This document shows positions 22,824 to 34,278 of a stretch of DNA of 45,704 nt, one piece after another. Source of the DNA: Moniliella sp. 'wahieum' (Eukaryota); contig RSEE01000020.1 of assembly GCA_003971905.1 (NCBI GenBank), positions 744,001 to 789,704 of the forward strand. The letters run 5' to 3'. The notes beneath the pieces were generated by a model. That model was not told where the DNA came from. It ran no database searches and saw nothing but the letters and a program-made list of their open reading frames with translations. The stretch's first letter is position 1; each line of letters opens with the position of its first letter. The position numbers and the translations under genes are program-made.

Positions 22824-25800
22824 CTAAGTCGTAGGTTCATGCGGTTCAGGTGGCATGCCCTCAATCCGCTTGAGTTCGTCAACCGTTGGCCTGTTGGGCT
22901 GCCTCCAACAGAAGGTTACCCTGGGGATCAATCCCTTCTCATACGATTCCACATGCGGATACACGTCTCAGGTGCCTCAACGTGAGACGTTTCCACAGGA
23001 GAGGGCGACCCTGTTTATCCCTCCGTCTGGGCCCCGCCACCAGTACCCATACCGTCGCTGGAACGTTTCCATGTCCCCATTGCAGTTCTCGTAGAACTTC
23101 TAAGAGCCATCTTGGCATCCTTCAACCGGGATAAGTAGGCATCTGTTTACCCGTCAAGGTCCACCAGCTCCACCGCCGTGGGTCCCGAAGCGCCTCCTCC
23201 AAAGTCCCTGGTATCTCCCTGTGATAGCCTTCGGGCATCCACGTCCACTTTTCACTTTCACCCACATCTGAGCCTCGACGCGGGGGCCCACAAAAGGCTG
23301 AAAAGTATTTCCCAACCAAGTCTCCGGCCGGTCCAAGTCAACCTCTAATGGCCGCGGCTGCTCGTATCTGGGCGGAGGAGGACGAGCAAGAATGGCATGT
23401 AACGGGTTGTAGAGGTTGCCTCCCCCTCTAGACGGCGGAAGGGGGAGAGGGGCAATAGGAGACGGAAGGCCTGCAGGGGCAAGACCCGGGGGGGAGCCCA
23501 AGTTAGAGGGCCGCCTGGTAAGGTGTGAACAGGAGGTCTGGAGGGGGGGCCAGGCGGTAAAGCAGAGGCACCGGGGGGCAGGACGGGGGCATCGGGAGGC
23601 AGAACGGGGGCATCGGGAGGCAGAACGGGGGCATCGGGAGGCAGGACGGGGGCATCGGGAGGCAGGAGGGGGCATCATCGGGAGGCAGAACGGGAGCGTC
23701 ACCAGCATGGGCCGTGGGTAGATCCCTATCAACCCCCAAAGGGGTTGGACCCCCGGCAACGGCAATCGTACCCGAAGGCGAAGCTGGCTCGACCTCAACC
23801 ACGATATGGGCACCTATCGATGGCTGCCTCTCCAACCCAGCGGGTTGCATAGGCATGTCCATCTGAGTGTCTTCGATCTCAGTCCCCATCGCAGTCTCCA
23901 TCTCGGTCTCCATTTCGGTCTCAGCCTGTCTCGCCTCCTCTTGGTTCACAAGGGATGTAGCTGTGGCAACCACTTCGGGGTTTTGCGAAGTGTCCTGTGC
24001 AAGGGCGCCATGGGACACCGTCGCCACGCCGTTGGTGGGCAATTGCTTGAGAAGTTGTTCGCACAATTTGCCCAGTTGCTCATTTGTCTTGTTGGCATTG
24101 AGAAGCCCAGCCGTGAGGTCACTGATCTTTGTGGTGACTTCGTTGACCTTCATGGTGAGCAGGGTCAGCTGTTGGCTCTCGGCCACCCCCTCGATCTCCA
24201 TGTTGGGGTAGGACTGTTCATGCCGCATCCGTTGGTTGAGAAGGCACCGCAGCAACGTGACGTCCTGGGAGTCATCGGACACCCCCCCCCACCACTGAAC
24301 CTCCGCTAGGCTTTTCAGCCGCTCCCCATAATCCTGCACAGTAAAGTTAGTATCGACAGGAGGATCATGAGCCGGGCGGGACATACTGGTGCGTTGACGA
24401 ACGCATCTTGAGCGCCGCCTCGGCGGAAACAGAGAGCTATATGGTTCGAGTAGGAGGCGTTGAAGCGAGGAACCTCCTTCAGCGTCTCTTTGAACCACCG
24501 GTTGACCGTGTCGAACTTGGCAGACTCGGTTGCATCCGAGGGCAGTCCATTCGTCCCCAGAGCAGGGAAGATATAGTCATCTTCTCTGATGGGAAAGCCT
24601 CGTATGTGAAGAAAGGCTCCATACGTCCAGCGCATCACGTGCCCCCGCGGCCGGCCGGTGGTCATTTAAGTCCCATAGGGGGTAATGCATCGCGGGAGAA
24701 CCATCCTGCTGGCTCGCTTTGCGGAAGGGGGTCCTAATAGACATCGCTCAGTCAGCAGCGCACGATGCAGGCGAGCAGGCTGCGCACACATACGAAATCT
24801 CAACGCCCAGGCGCACGCGTCGGCCGGCGGCGTCTCCAGGCTGGCAGGTTTGGATCAGCTTGACGTCTTTCCACGTCAGGGTAAGCACCTCGCGCAATCG
24901 CGCCCACAGACGATACGCCAGGATGCTCACCGTCTTGAGCAGCAGTGGCCTGGCCCACGTCGGCTGCATCGACTGACGCATTGCCATGTCCAAAAGCGCT
25001 AGCCAGGCAGGGTCGGTCACGTTGGGCCGCTGAGGGAAGCTCATATCCACAGCTGCCGATCCAGGTGTTCCACCAAGAGCTGCAGGTCGGGGTACAGCAT
25101 TGTGTTGGATAAATGGGAGTGGGAGCGGACAGTGCGGCTTTGGCGGAGGAAGCTTGCCCGCATGTAATCGTCGATGATCGCGCTGCGTGCCGGGTTGCCC
25201 GTGCACGTACCCGTCTGCTCGTTGCATCGAAACGGATCGATGCGACTCGAGTCGTCAAACTTGATCTGGAAGAACCAAAGGAGCGCATTCTGCATGGAAG
25301 AACACGTGTCGTGCTTTTGTGGTTTGACTATCACGTGGTATTGGAACCAGAGCATAACCACTTCATGGGTACGCTTGCTCTTCGTCTCCAGGTCCGTGAT
25401 GCGATGCTTGACTGCGTCCATGCCCAGCACCCACGCAATGAAGGCCTTCACCCTCTGCTTGTACTTGCCAATCGTGTTTCGGGACAAGGACTGGCCAGAC
25501 CTGGCGTAAATATAGTCCACCTCCCGGTCGGCAGGTCGGATGCGGAGCTCCACTTGCGTGGTATCGTCCGCGCCGAACTCGCTTCCTCTAGGGTAGAGAC
25601 GTTCGAACCACTGCTGCACAACCGCTCTGTCCACTCGATGAGGCGTCTCCTGCTGCCGGAGTTCGGGCTGGGGCGGAAGAGGCTCGTGCCCTGTATCTTC
25701 ACCGTCCTCATCGTCATCGTTCAGGTCAAAGAGGCGCGGTTGCCCGTCGTCATGGACATCCTCCCCCTCGGCCGCCTCGCGGTTGTTGGCGTAGTCCTCT

Positions 25801-25981
25801 TGATCATAGGCAAAGCCCTGCTCATCGTCGGCAGGTGCGGGGGGACGGGGGGAAGGATCTGGCAGGTTGACGCGGTCAGGTGGGGGCAGCGCCACGGCAG
25901 CGCGGGTGGCCGATGAGCGCGCCCGGCCATTTGCTCGTGCGCGTCTACGGGGGCGCGGAGCGGGGATGAGGAAGGGGGCAT
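22824..25981 (-). mobile_element. Crypton-like tyrosine-recombinase gene with two introns (transposon or domesticated derivative)
   Basis: GNPARS, AYRLWARLREVLTL (Arg-I), TPFRK after intron 24734-24793, DDYIFPAL, CFRRGGAQ, intron 24334-24386, SLAEVQWWGG..TLLRCLL, coiled coil, Pro-rich repeat, C-terminal KFYENCNGDMETFQRRY. Start ATG (25981 or 25930) and element ends uncertain. Confidence 0.82.
23567..23697. repeat. 21-bp coding minisatellite, about 6 copies, inside the recombinase gene
   Basis: Unit GGCATCGGGAGGCAG(A/G)ACGGG; one minus-strand frame reads DAPVLPP. Confidence 0.92.
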
Positions 25982-26130
25982 GTGTGCTCAGCTGACGGGG
26001 GAAGGGCGGGGGGGGGGGAGGGCACTGGCGGTGTCGAGGGCGAGCCGGCGCGTGTTGGTGGGGCTGGGTGGCCTGTGTACGATGGAGACTGCTTGCTGCG
26101 CTGCCGTCTGCGCCGTCGCGTCAGGCTCCA

Positions 26131-26173
26131 GTCACTAGTCACTAGCACTAGTCACGCGTCACGCGCGTCACGC
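26131..26173. repeat. GTCACTA/GTCACGC heptamer array upstream of the recombinase gene
   Basis: gtcactagtcactagcactagtcacgcgtcacgcgcgtcacgc read directly. Confidence 0.8.
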
Positions 26174-26422
26174 CCGCTGCGTCGGAGACTTGCAATTTCA
26201 AACCCGTTCCCATCCTCCCTCCGTGCGAGGGGCCACGTGGAGGGGCTGGCAGCCTGGCAGTGTTCCCATGCTAACCCTAAATCCTGTACCCCCCACGGCT
26301 ACGCAAAACAGGACGGAGGTGCAATTAAGCAGCAGCAGGCGCTACTAGCCGAGGATATATTTGCCAAGGAGCACGGCGGGAATGGTATACACGCACTGCA
26401 GCGCAGGCTGCTCCTCGGCCGC

Positions 26423-28846
26423 TCAGAGAAGCATCCTCTTGGTTTCGCCCCGCGCCTCGAGCTCGGCCCAGCGCGCATGCGCCTCGGCGAGGCGATGCTG
26501 CACATGGGAGCGGGCCAGCATGCGTGCGACCCAGTCCAGCAGCGCATCGTCGTCCTCCACCACAAAAAAGGACGACAGCGCACGCAGCAGCGTTTCGAAC
26601 CCCCGCTGCGCCCGCGGTGGGCGGGGCGCAAGCAGCCGCGCCTTGCTCGGCATCTGCCCCAGCGGAAGCGTAAGGCCCACCCCCCACAGTAACGCCAAGC
26701 CCGTCATCAGCAGCACATCCGGGCCGAGCAACAGATACGCGTCCCAGATCCGCAGCTGCGTCGCAAACGGCACAACGCCTTCGAAGAGCGTAATGTACCA
26801 CCGCGTCGCGTAGCTGCTCGGGGTAATGTCTGCCTCGTCCAGAGCGGCCGCAAGGGACGGAACATAGGCGCGAACGAGGCTTTGGTGCACATAGAAGAGC
26901 TGTTGGAGCCCGGGAAATCCTGGTTGGAATATGTTGTGGAGGTGGTAGTGATCGTGTAAGCCCATCAACGCCGTGTACGCCGCCAAGGCTGAAGGAAGCT
27001 GAAGCAGAAACGTGGCAGCGATCGGGCCCATGCCCTGACAGTACCCGCACGTATCCGGACAGTGCAGACTCATAGCATGTAACACTTGGAACAGTTGAAC
27101 CTGGCCCTTGCCATAGCGCGTGTAGAATGCCCAATGACCATTCAGCGTCCGCGGCACATCCAGATCGATCTGAACATCGTAGCGGCTAGGTACCGTTTGG
27201 GCGTGCACAAACGCTTGTTGCTTCTCTGCTCGGACTTCGCTCCGACTCCTACCGAGGCAGCACGACGATGGTGGTGGTAATGCGTCCAATGCGTCTCCCC
27301 TCGGGGATTTGGGACTCAGCATCCGACCGGCCTTCATCCGGATCAGTAGGGGCCACACCACAGGTCGCCATGCCTCTGGTACACCCTTGAATACCGCTCC
27401 TCACCGCCCCAGGGGAGACATCCGTTTAAATTCCACCTCGTCTGGAAGAGTAGACACGGTGGGGTGCTCTTGGACGAGGTGAGCATCTGTTGCCACTTGG
27501 CCGTTCGTGCTTGGTCCCGTCTCTGATGGACCTGATCCAATGCACTTCTCCTTTCCAGGCCGAGCCGTGCGTGCCTCTCGGCGGGCGAGCGAGGCTCTTC
27601 GTCATCGATCGACACTTGCCTCGTCACCGACTGCGCGAAGCGAGTGGCGGGGGGAACTCGCACCCAGCCTTCCATCCGAACGGATTGCCTCGATCCGAGG
27701 GCGGTGCGGAAGCTTGTGGAACACCTGGCTGGGCAAGGCCAGAGCCCGTCCTTGAGACAACTTATCCTCCCCTTCTCCCTGGAAGAACCCGTGCCGGTCT
27801 TTCTGACGTTCTGCCTAGCTCCGCTCGGGTGCGACGGGTCCGGCGACGGCGACGCATCCCTTCTCCGTTCGCGAGAGGTGTGGGCAGAGTGAGAGGGGAC
27901 GGCAAATGGAGGGACGAACGGGACGATCCAGATGGCTCATCAGAGAGCCTGGAGCATGCGAGGAGGAAGTGGAGAGGGCATGGTGCAACGCTGGGTCTGC
28001 CACAGAGGAACTGGATCCCAGGGCGGAGCTTCCGGGGGGCTCAAGAAGGGAGGTGGTGGCCGCAACGGCTTGGACAGGGGCCGTGGTGCCTTGCCTGAAC
28101 GTGTGCGCGGCCACACCTTCGCTCATGGAGGCCGTGCTGGGGCGCTGGATGCGGCCGCGGGCGGGGGGGGCATGACCAGCTTCAACGTCGTTCGGCGCGG
28201 AGGGGGAGATGTGAAGGTCGGAGAGGGCGGCTTGGTTGGACCGACCTGGCTCGGCCCAGGGCAGGGCACTGGCCTTGTGCCGGGTCATCTCTTCTCCCTC
28301 CACTTTTCCATCCCCGGGAACAGGGTGCGAGGCAAAGTACGTATAGGTGGCGCGCACCATCGCGCCCTCCTTTGCATCGGGGGCGGTCCAGTCGTCGGCG
28401 GGCGGCGGGGGGGGGTGATTGCGGAGGAGGGGGGTGTGCGGATGGAGGGGGGATGGCGCGGCAAACGACTCGCCCGGACAGGGCGCGGGAGATGGAGTGG
28501 GAGCGCGTCGGGGGGGCGCAGCGCCTTGGGGCGGGCGGAGGTGGTGGTGGCCATGCGGAGGTGGTGGTGGCCATGCGGCGCCCACCGTGGCGGATGCGCT
28601 GGCGGATGCACTATTAGCGGATGCGCCACGGGCGGGGTCGCAGCTGTGGCTCTGGCTGTGGCTGGGCGCCCGCGCTGAGGTAAGCACCAGCCGTCCATTG
28701 TTCCACGCTTCAATTTCAACTTTCAGGAGCCTTGCGCGCCGCTGGTCGTCCACTGGCGCCGCTGCTCTCAGATCGCCGGGGGGGCCATACGCCCCGAGGG
28801 TTGGTATCTGACTGAGGGACAGGCGGGGCAATCCCCCGGTTTGCAA
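26423..28846 (-). CDS. TBC-domain Rab GTPase-activating protein
   Basis: QIDLDVPRT (Arg finger), GYCQGMGPIAA (Gln finger), FQPGFPGL, YATRWYITLF, LRIWDAYLL. The 5' part is Pro-rich and frameshifted; true start not resolved. Confidence 0.85.
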
Positions 28847-29009
28847 TCGCTATGTAGAAGCAGCTTGCGCGTAATGCTCTCCCCAAGACACCCACATATT
28901 TTCTCTTCCTGCTTCCCGTGGGCCGTCATTAATCATTCTCCAACCATACAGATGCCTCGGACGGCAATAGAAATAGGGTTTCCGAACAGCATCCACGTGT
29001 TTGGCCAAA

Positions 29010-29661
29010 CTATGCCGACGCGGTGAGAAGGTAGTTCTTTCAACAGGTTAGCCCCAACACACATGCACCAAACGGGGGTTCGAGCGACACACCTTCTCCG
29101 CCTGAGCAACGGCCGACTTGAACTCTTGAACCGAGTTGAAGCAATCCAGCGTGCGCGTCGCATTGTTCCTTTAGTTCCCTGCTGTCAGCACCAGCTCTCT
29201 TAAGAAATGTTAGCAAGAAGCACATACTTGTAGCTGGGCAATCTTCTCGCGCGCCGCAGCAATCTCGGGAGATTGGAGCAACGACGCCCGCTTCTCCTGA
29301 CTGGCCTTGATCTGGGCCTGGATGGTGTCAAGCTGCGCTTGGAGCTTGGCCGAGCTTGTGGCCGTGGCAGGCAGGTTGGCCTCCTTGCTCAGCGCATCCT
29401 TCTCTAGCTCCAGCTCGATCTGCCGCCGTACATCGGCCTCGGCCTTGCGCAGCCGCTTGGCCTCGGCCACGATCGACGCCTGCACCCGCTCATCGAGCTT
29501 CTGCAGCTCCTCGGGAGAGAGGGCCTTGGCCCTTGGCTGCGGCAAGAGCGCCTGGGACTCTTGGACGTTTCAAAGTCCGCCAGCAGCTGGGCGCCAAGCG
29601 AAAGAGACTGGTTGCCCTCGGTAAGGTCGGCAGGTGTGGGCTTGCTCCCGGACGCTCCCAT
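29010..29661 (-). CDS. MIC19: MICOS subunit Mic19 (DUF1690 type)
   Basis: Myristoylation-like start MGASGSK and a long coiled coil. Two introns give (C)YK|NNATRTLDCFNSVQEFKSAVAQAEK|NYLLTASA*; the first Cys of Cx10C needs a 2-nt indel repair. Confidence 0.8.
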
Positions 29662-31202
29662 GATGGATGTAAGGCGAAGCACGGTGGGTTGCCTCGGTCC
29701 CTGGGCTGGTTTGTGTGCGGGCCAGAGCAGAGGGGGCGGCGCGGTGCCCTCGTCTCCCGTTCTTGGCCGTGCCAGCGCGCCAACCCGGCCGCATCCGGCT
29801 GACAAACACTTTCAATCTTTCAGTTGCCCGTTGCTTTAGGTGTTTTGCTTCACGAGCTTCATGCGGCACGCAGCCTTCGTCTTTGCCGCCAGACACCGTC
29901 GCCGAGCCTCAGTCGGTAACCAATCTATACCCATCTTGTTGCCTTGGGGAAACTCAAGCACGCTGGCTGCTGAAGGGACGCCAAGGCAGGGCATGATGTG
30001 ATTCCACCTGAGCCAGCCACAAGTTTTGAAGCCCACTGGCAACGACGCCGCAGAGGCAATGAGGAAGGAACGCATGGCTATGGTACACAACTTTAGTGGG
30101 ACTAGGAATGTGGGATTCAAGAATGATTAATGACCGTCTACGATTCGAAGTGGGTGGTGTCTTCAGACCAACGCCTTCACTCGGTTTGCCCCGAGAGGAA
30201 AAGTAGCCTTGCTCAGCGCTTAAATCGGCTCGTTTCATGGCTACAAAAGGCAAGGCTGTAGCCAGAAAACGTTCTAGTCGAACGTTGATGGGGTCGACAT
30301 ACTGTCGGCAGGCAATGGGGCCAGCGCGAAATGAAGTACTAGGTAGGTACATTGGTGGGTAGCGCTGTCGTTGGTCGATGTTTGCGTTTGATGGAGGGGG
30401 AAATGCGCGGAGGCCTGACCGGCCTGAGCTCAGGCTGAGCCCTAAGCCTCACAGGGCCTAACCGTTAGAATGTCAGCCTCAGCCCGTGGCACGTGGCACG
30501 TGACACGCGACTCAATGTTCAATGGGCGTCACGGTGACGGGTGACATCACGTATCATATATCACTCCACTTGAGCGATTGAATATTGAAGGCGGGGGAAA
30601 CATTCCGCCGGGTTCGTTTTTATCGATTCCGCGGTTTCCGGATGATGGCTTTGCAGCTTCGATGGCCGTCGGTCTCGGCCACTCTTGGGGCGTTTGAAAC
30701 TTGGCGGTGGCCTGCGGTGGCCGATCGAAGATGGCCGAACTGGCACGCAGCCTGCAAGTTTCAAACTGCGTGAAAGCGGTGCCGAGGGCCAGCAGGCGGC
30801 ACTTCGGGCATTGCCGGCTGTGCGCAGTGGCCGATGGCTGATCAGCTGCAAGTGAAACGCGCTTAACGTTTGAACGCCACTATGTTGTGCTTTAAAACAG
30901 GCGTGCGGGGAGGCTGGCGCAGTGCCCTGTCTCCGGGCGCATGTGAGACACATCATTTAACGCATTACGTAACGGGGGCGGCGGCGCTTGCGCGGCCTCG
31001 TCTGCTGTGACTCGGCCGAGTTGAGGGGGGAGGGGGGGGGAGATAACGCTGCAGGCCATCGGCCATCCGCGGCCCCCTCCCTTGCTACACCACCACCGCC
31101 GCCACCACCACCACCACCACCAACCGTACTCCTGTTCTCGTACGTTCCTTCCACTCACTTTCCCTCGTGACGCGCGCGCTAACACCGTCCCTGCAGTCCA
31201 CA

Positions 31203-31665
31203 ATGCAGCTCACTGTCCGCTCTGTTTCCGGCCACGTCTACCCGCTCTCTCCCTCCCTGCTGGGGCGACGGGTGCGCAGGCCAAGACCAAGCTCCAAGAC
31301 CTTGTCGGGTTGAGATGGAGCAGCAAAGGCTTTTCTCGCCATCGACTTGCTCGTGGTTGACGACGCCGAGTCGCTCTCGACTGACGACCTGTGCCTTGTG
31401 CTCCGTCTCCGCGGCGGAGGCAAGAAGCGATGCCAACACAACGCTGGCCAATTGACCCAGCAAGGTACCAATGCTCAATGCAGGATGCTGCGGTACGCTG
31501 GTGGGAGAGTGCCCGCACTGCAAGCTTCAGTTCTGTGGACACACCACCGCCTCCCTGAGCAGCACAGGTGTGCTCTTCAAGATCAGGTGCGCCATGCCGC
31601 CTTCCAAGCCAACAAGCAACGACTTGAGGCCGAGCGTACGCCGCGACCCATGGCCTTGCCACTAA
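31203..31665 (+). CDS. Ubiquitin-like domain plus AN1-type zinc-finger protein
   Basis: MQLTVRSVSG..QQRL..LVLRLRGG, then CPHCKLQFCG..HRLPEQHRC..AFQANKQRL. Frameshifted; stop approximate. Confidence 0.82.
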
Positions 31666-32494
31666 GACGCTGTTCACGTTATTGCTTACTTTATCCCACT
31701 GCTTCACCCCCCTCATACCTACCCCGGGTACCATCCCGGGTAATCCCATGTACCATCCTATCTCCCACCTTACTTGACAGCTCGATGTACACTCCGCCCA
31801 CACACGCATGCGCTGTGCCCGACATGCTGTACTTTCTATGACCCGGCCAGCCTTCTGGTTAACAGGGCCTGCATCTGTCGCTTGGTCTCGGCACCCGAGC
31901 TGTCTCTATGTGCTGTCCTCCTGATCGTCTTCGCCCTTTCTTTCTCCCCTCAAGTCTTGTTTGTAGCTCACATTGAGTTTCTCCTCCCCCCTCCTCCTCT
32001 CCCCCCCTCCTCTCCCCCCTTCTACTCTACTGGATCCCATTCACTCATCAGACGCCCTTTAGGTGCTAGATGTGTGAGAAGCTCCTGCATAAGTAAACCG
32101 TTTCGCTGGACTGAGCCCGTCTACCCCGTCTTCCCGTGAGCCGACAGGGTCGACAATAGAGCGCTCTCATGCGGCGCAGGCCAGGCGTCGCAACTAACCA
32201 CACCCAACTCTCGGCGCCTCCATACCCTCCTCCAGCCGCTCAGAACAGACCTACTGCCACTAGCCACTTCGGACGCGAGCAAGATGAAACAGATGCAGTA
32301 GTTGATGTAGCACAGGCAGAGTTGGCGAGGGGTCCGTCCCAACGCAGAGCGTGATAACAAACTAAGGGAGAAAAACAGGGGCTCAAGCGTGACACGGGGG
32401 CTAAGGCGGCTGCGCCAAGAGTGTCCAACCTAGGCCAGGCGATAAGAGCAGTAACGCATAACGGTCAAGAACCACGAATGAGTCGCAGGCGTAT

Positions 32495-34278
32495 CTACGG
32501 AAGGGACTGCTCCTGCGCCAGCGCCTGGCGGCCTGCGATGGTGAGCGTCGGGCGTCCGGATGAGTACTCAGTGGAGAAGAACTGCGGGACAAACTCTTGG
32601 CCGGTACGCTTGCGCTCCGCAGCCAAGTCGCGCTGCTGCTGTTCAATTTCCTGCTTGGACTTGGTCGCTTGCGAGTACTGCTTTGTCTGGATCGCCTGCG
32701 TCACCGGCGCCCAAATCCGACGCGACTCGAGTGGCCCATGCTCCTCCACCGGCCGCACGGTCTTGGGCGTGACGTTGAGATCAGCCAGGTTGACCAAAAG
32801 GCGTGACTCCTGCGCATGACTGCGTTAGTGCTGTGTCCTGTCTGATACACAGGCGGATGGGGAAAGGAAACGGTGATGCGGGGGACTTACCTTGTCTCCC
32901 TTGACTTTGAAGGTGATCTTGCCATTCCACTGACCCTCAAAGGTAGCCACAACCTTGTCCTCAGGAACCTGCTTGACTTTGGTCCAGTACGCAGGCCCAC
33001 TTTGCTCGCCATCCGGCAGATCCTCCTCGTCCGTCACACCGGCCTCACGCACCCAATCGTACTCGTAGATCACTCCCTCCACCGCATACTTGGCCTTGGT
33101 CAGCCATCCCTCCTCCTTATACTCGATCAGGCACGGAGCCGGGTGCCACCAGTGTTGTCCGCACGGTCACTGGCGCGCGAACCGCCATAGCAATCATCAC
33201 AGTTGCATCCGCCATGCTCACCCACAAGCTGCCGCGCAACGGCCATTGATCGAAGCAGTGGGATGGGTAATGCGGTACCGCTCCCCGGAAGCTTCTTTGC
33301 CAGTGGCGGTGGGCAAGAGTTTGATGAACATGCCCGATTCAACGAGCCAGCATAGAGACGCACCGACGTGCCCGTGAACCGGCCTGACAATTGGTCCACC
33401 CCGGAAATCTCAATCCCCGCTTCGGCCGAGGACCCATAAAACGTCGACACGGGCGGGTGATGCGATACCTGCTCGGTCAGGAACACGATCCGCCGCTTCT
33501 GCGAAGCCACCTTGCTCTCTGCCTGGGCCGAGTCACTGCTTAGTACGTTCAGCGCAGCCTCCGAGCCGTTAACGGGGTGGATGAACCTGCGGTGCGCAGT
33601 TTAGCAAACCCGCTTGGGCGTCGCGGGCGCCGCGGGCGCTGCGGCAGCGGCGGCGGAGGCAGCTGCCTTGACAGGGGCCAGGGGCTAGGCAACGGCTGCT
33701 TGTTGTCCAAGTTCTGCACGGGAACAATTTGCGCCGCCTTCTTGTGCACGATCGGTCCTACATCCCAGTGGCACTGGAAGTGCTCACCCAAGATGGAGTT
33801 GTAGGGCTTGCAGACTCCATTCTTGATCACCTTCAGATCCTTGGTCAGGTGAACCGCAGCACAGCCAGCATCCGGTCCGAGTGGTCAAAGTCGGGGATCG
33901 TCGCAAAGATATCCGCCCGTCGAGGAGGTCCAGTACTCAAGGTTGGGCTGGGGAGACGGGGCGTGTTAGGATTGGACGGACGAGAGGGGCAAGGCAGGGG
34001 GCTAGAGAGACGTACAATGGGCTCCATCAGGTTGGCCGGGAGAGAGAAGCGGCTGGATGCAAGCAACAGAGCAGGGTCAGTCAGATGGGCCGGGGTGTGG
34101 ACGGGAGGGGAGGCGTACATGGCGGCCAAGTCCTTGACGCCACAACCTTCTTGAGGATGCCGAGCAGGGACTTGATCTTGCGACTGGGTCTGCTCCTCAT
34201 TGTCGGCCGCGCTCAGGTCGGCGCCGGCGTCGTGGTCGAGGTGGACGAAGGCGTCGTCGGGGTCGTTTCGGGCGGCAT
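32495..34278 (-). CDS. Oxysterol-binding protein (ORD-only Osh family)
   Basis: RFSLPANLMEP, RMLAVLRF, KPYNSILGEHF, signature EQVSHHPP, LESRRIW, KQEIEQQQR. At least three introns and several frameshifts. Confidence 0.92.

Noticed and set aside
23567..23697. CRISPR-like periodicity
   Set aside because: Head-to-tail repeat without unique spacers, inside a eukaryotic CDS.
26271..26280. CTAACCCTAA, resembling a telomerase RNA template
   Set aside because: A single 10-mer is plausible by chance. A + strand RNA would run antisense into the TBC gene within about 150 nt, and no supporting structure was seen.
29954..30352. 132-aa ATG-initiated minus-strand ORF upstream of MIC19
   Set aside because: No recognisable motif or convincing splice structure, so it cannot be supported as a gene from sequence alone.
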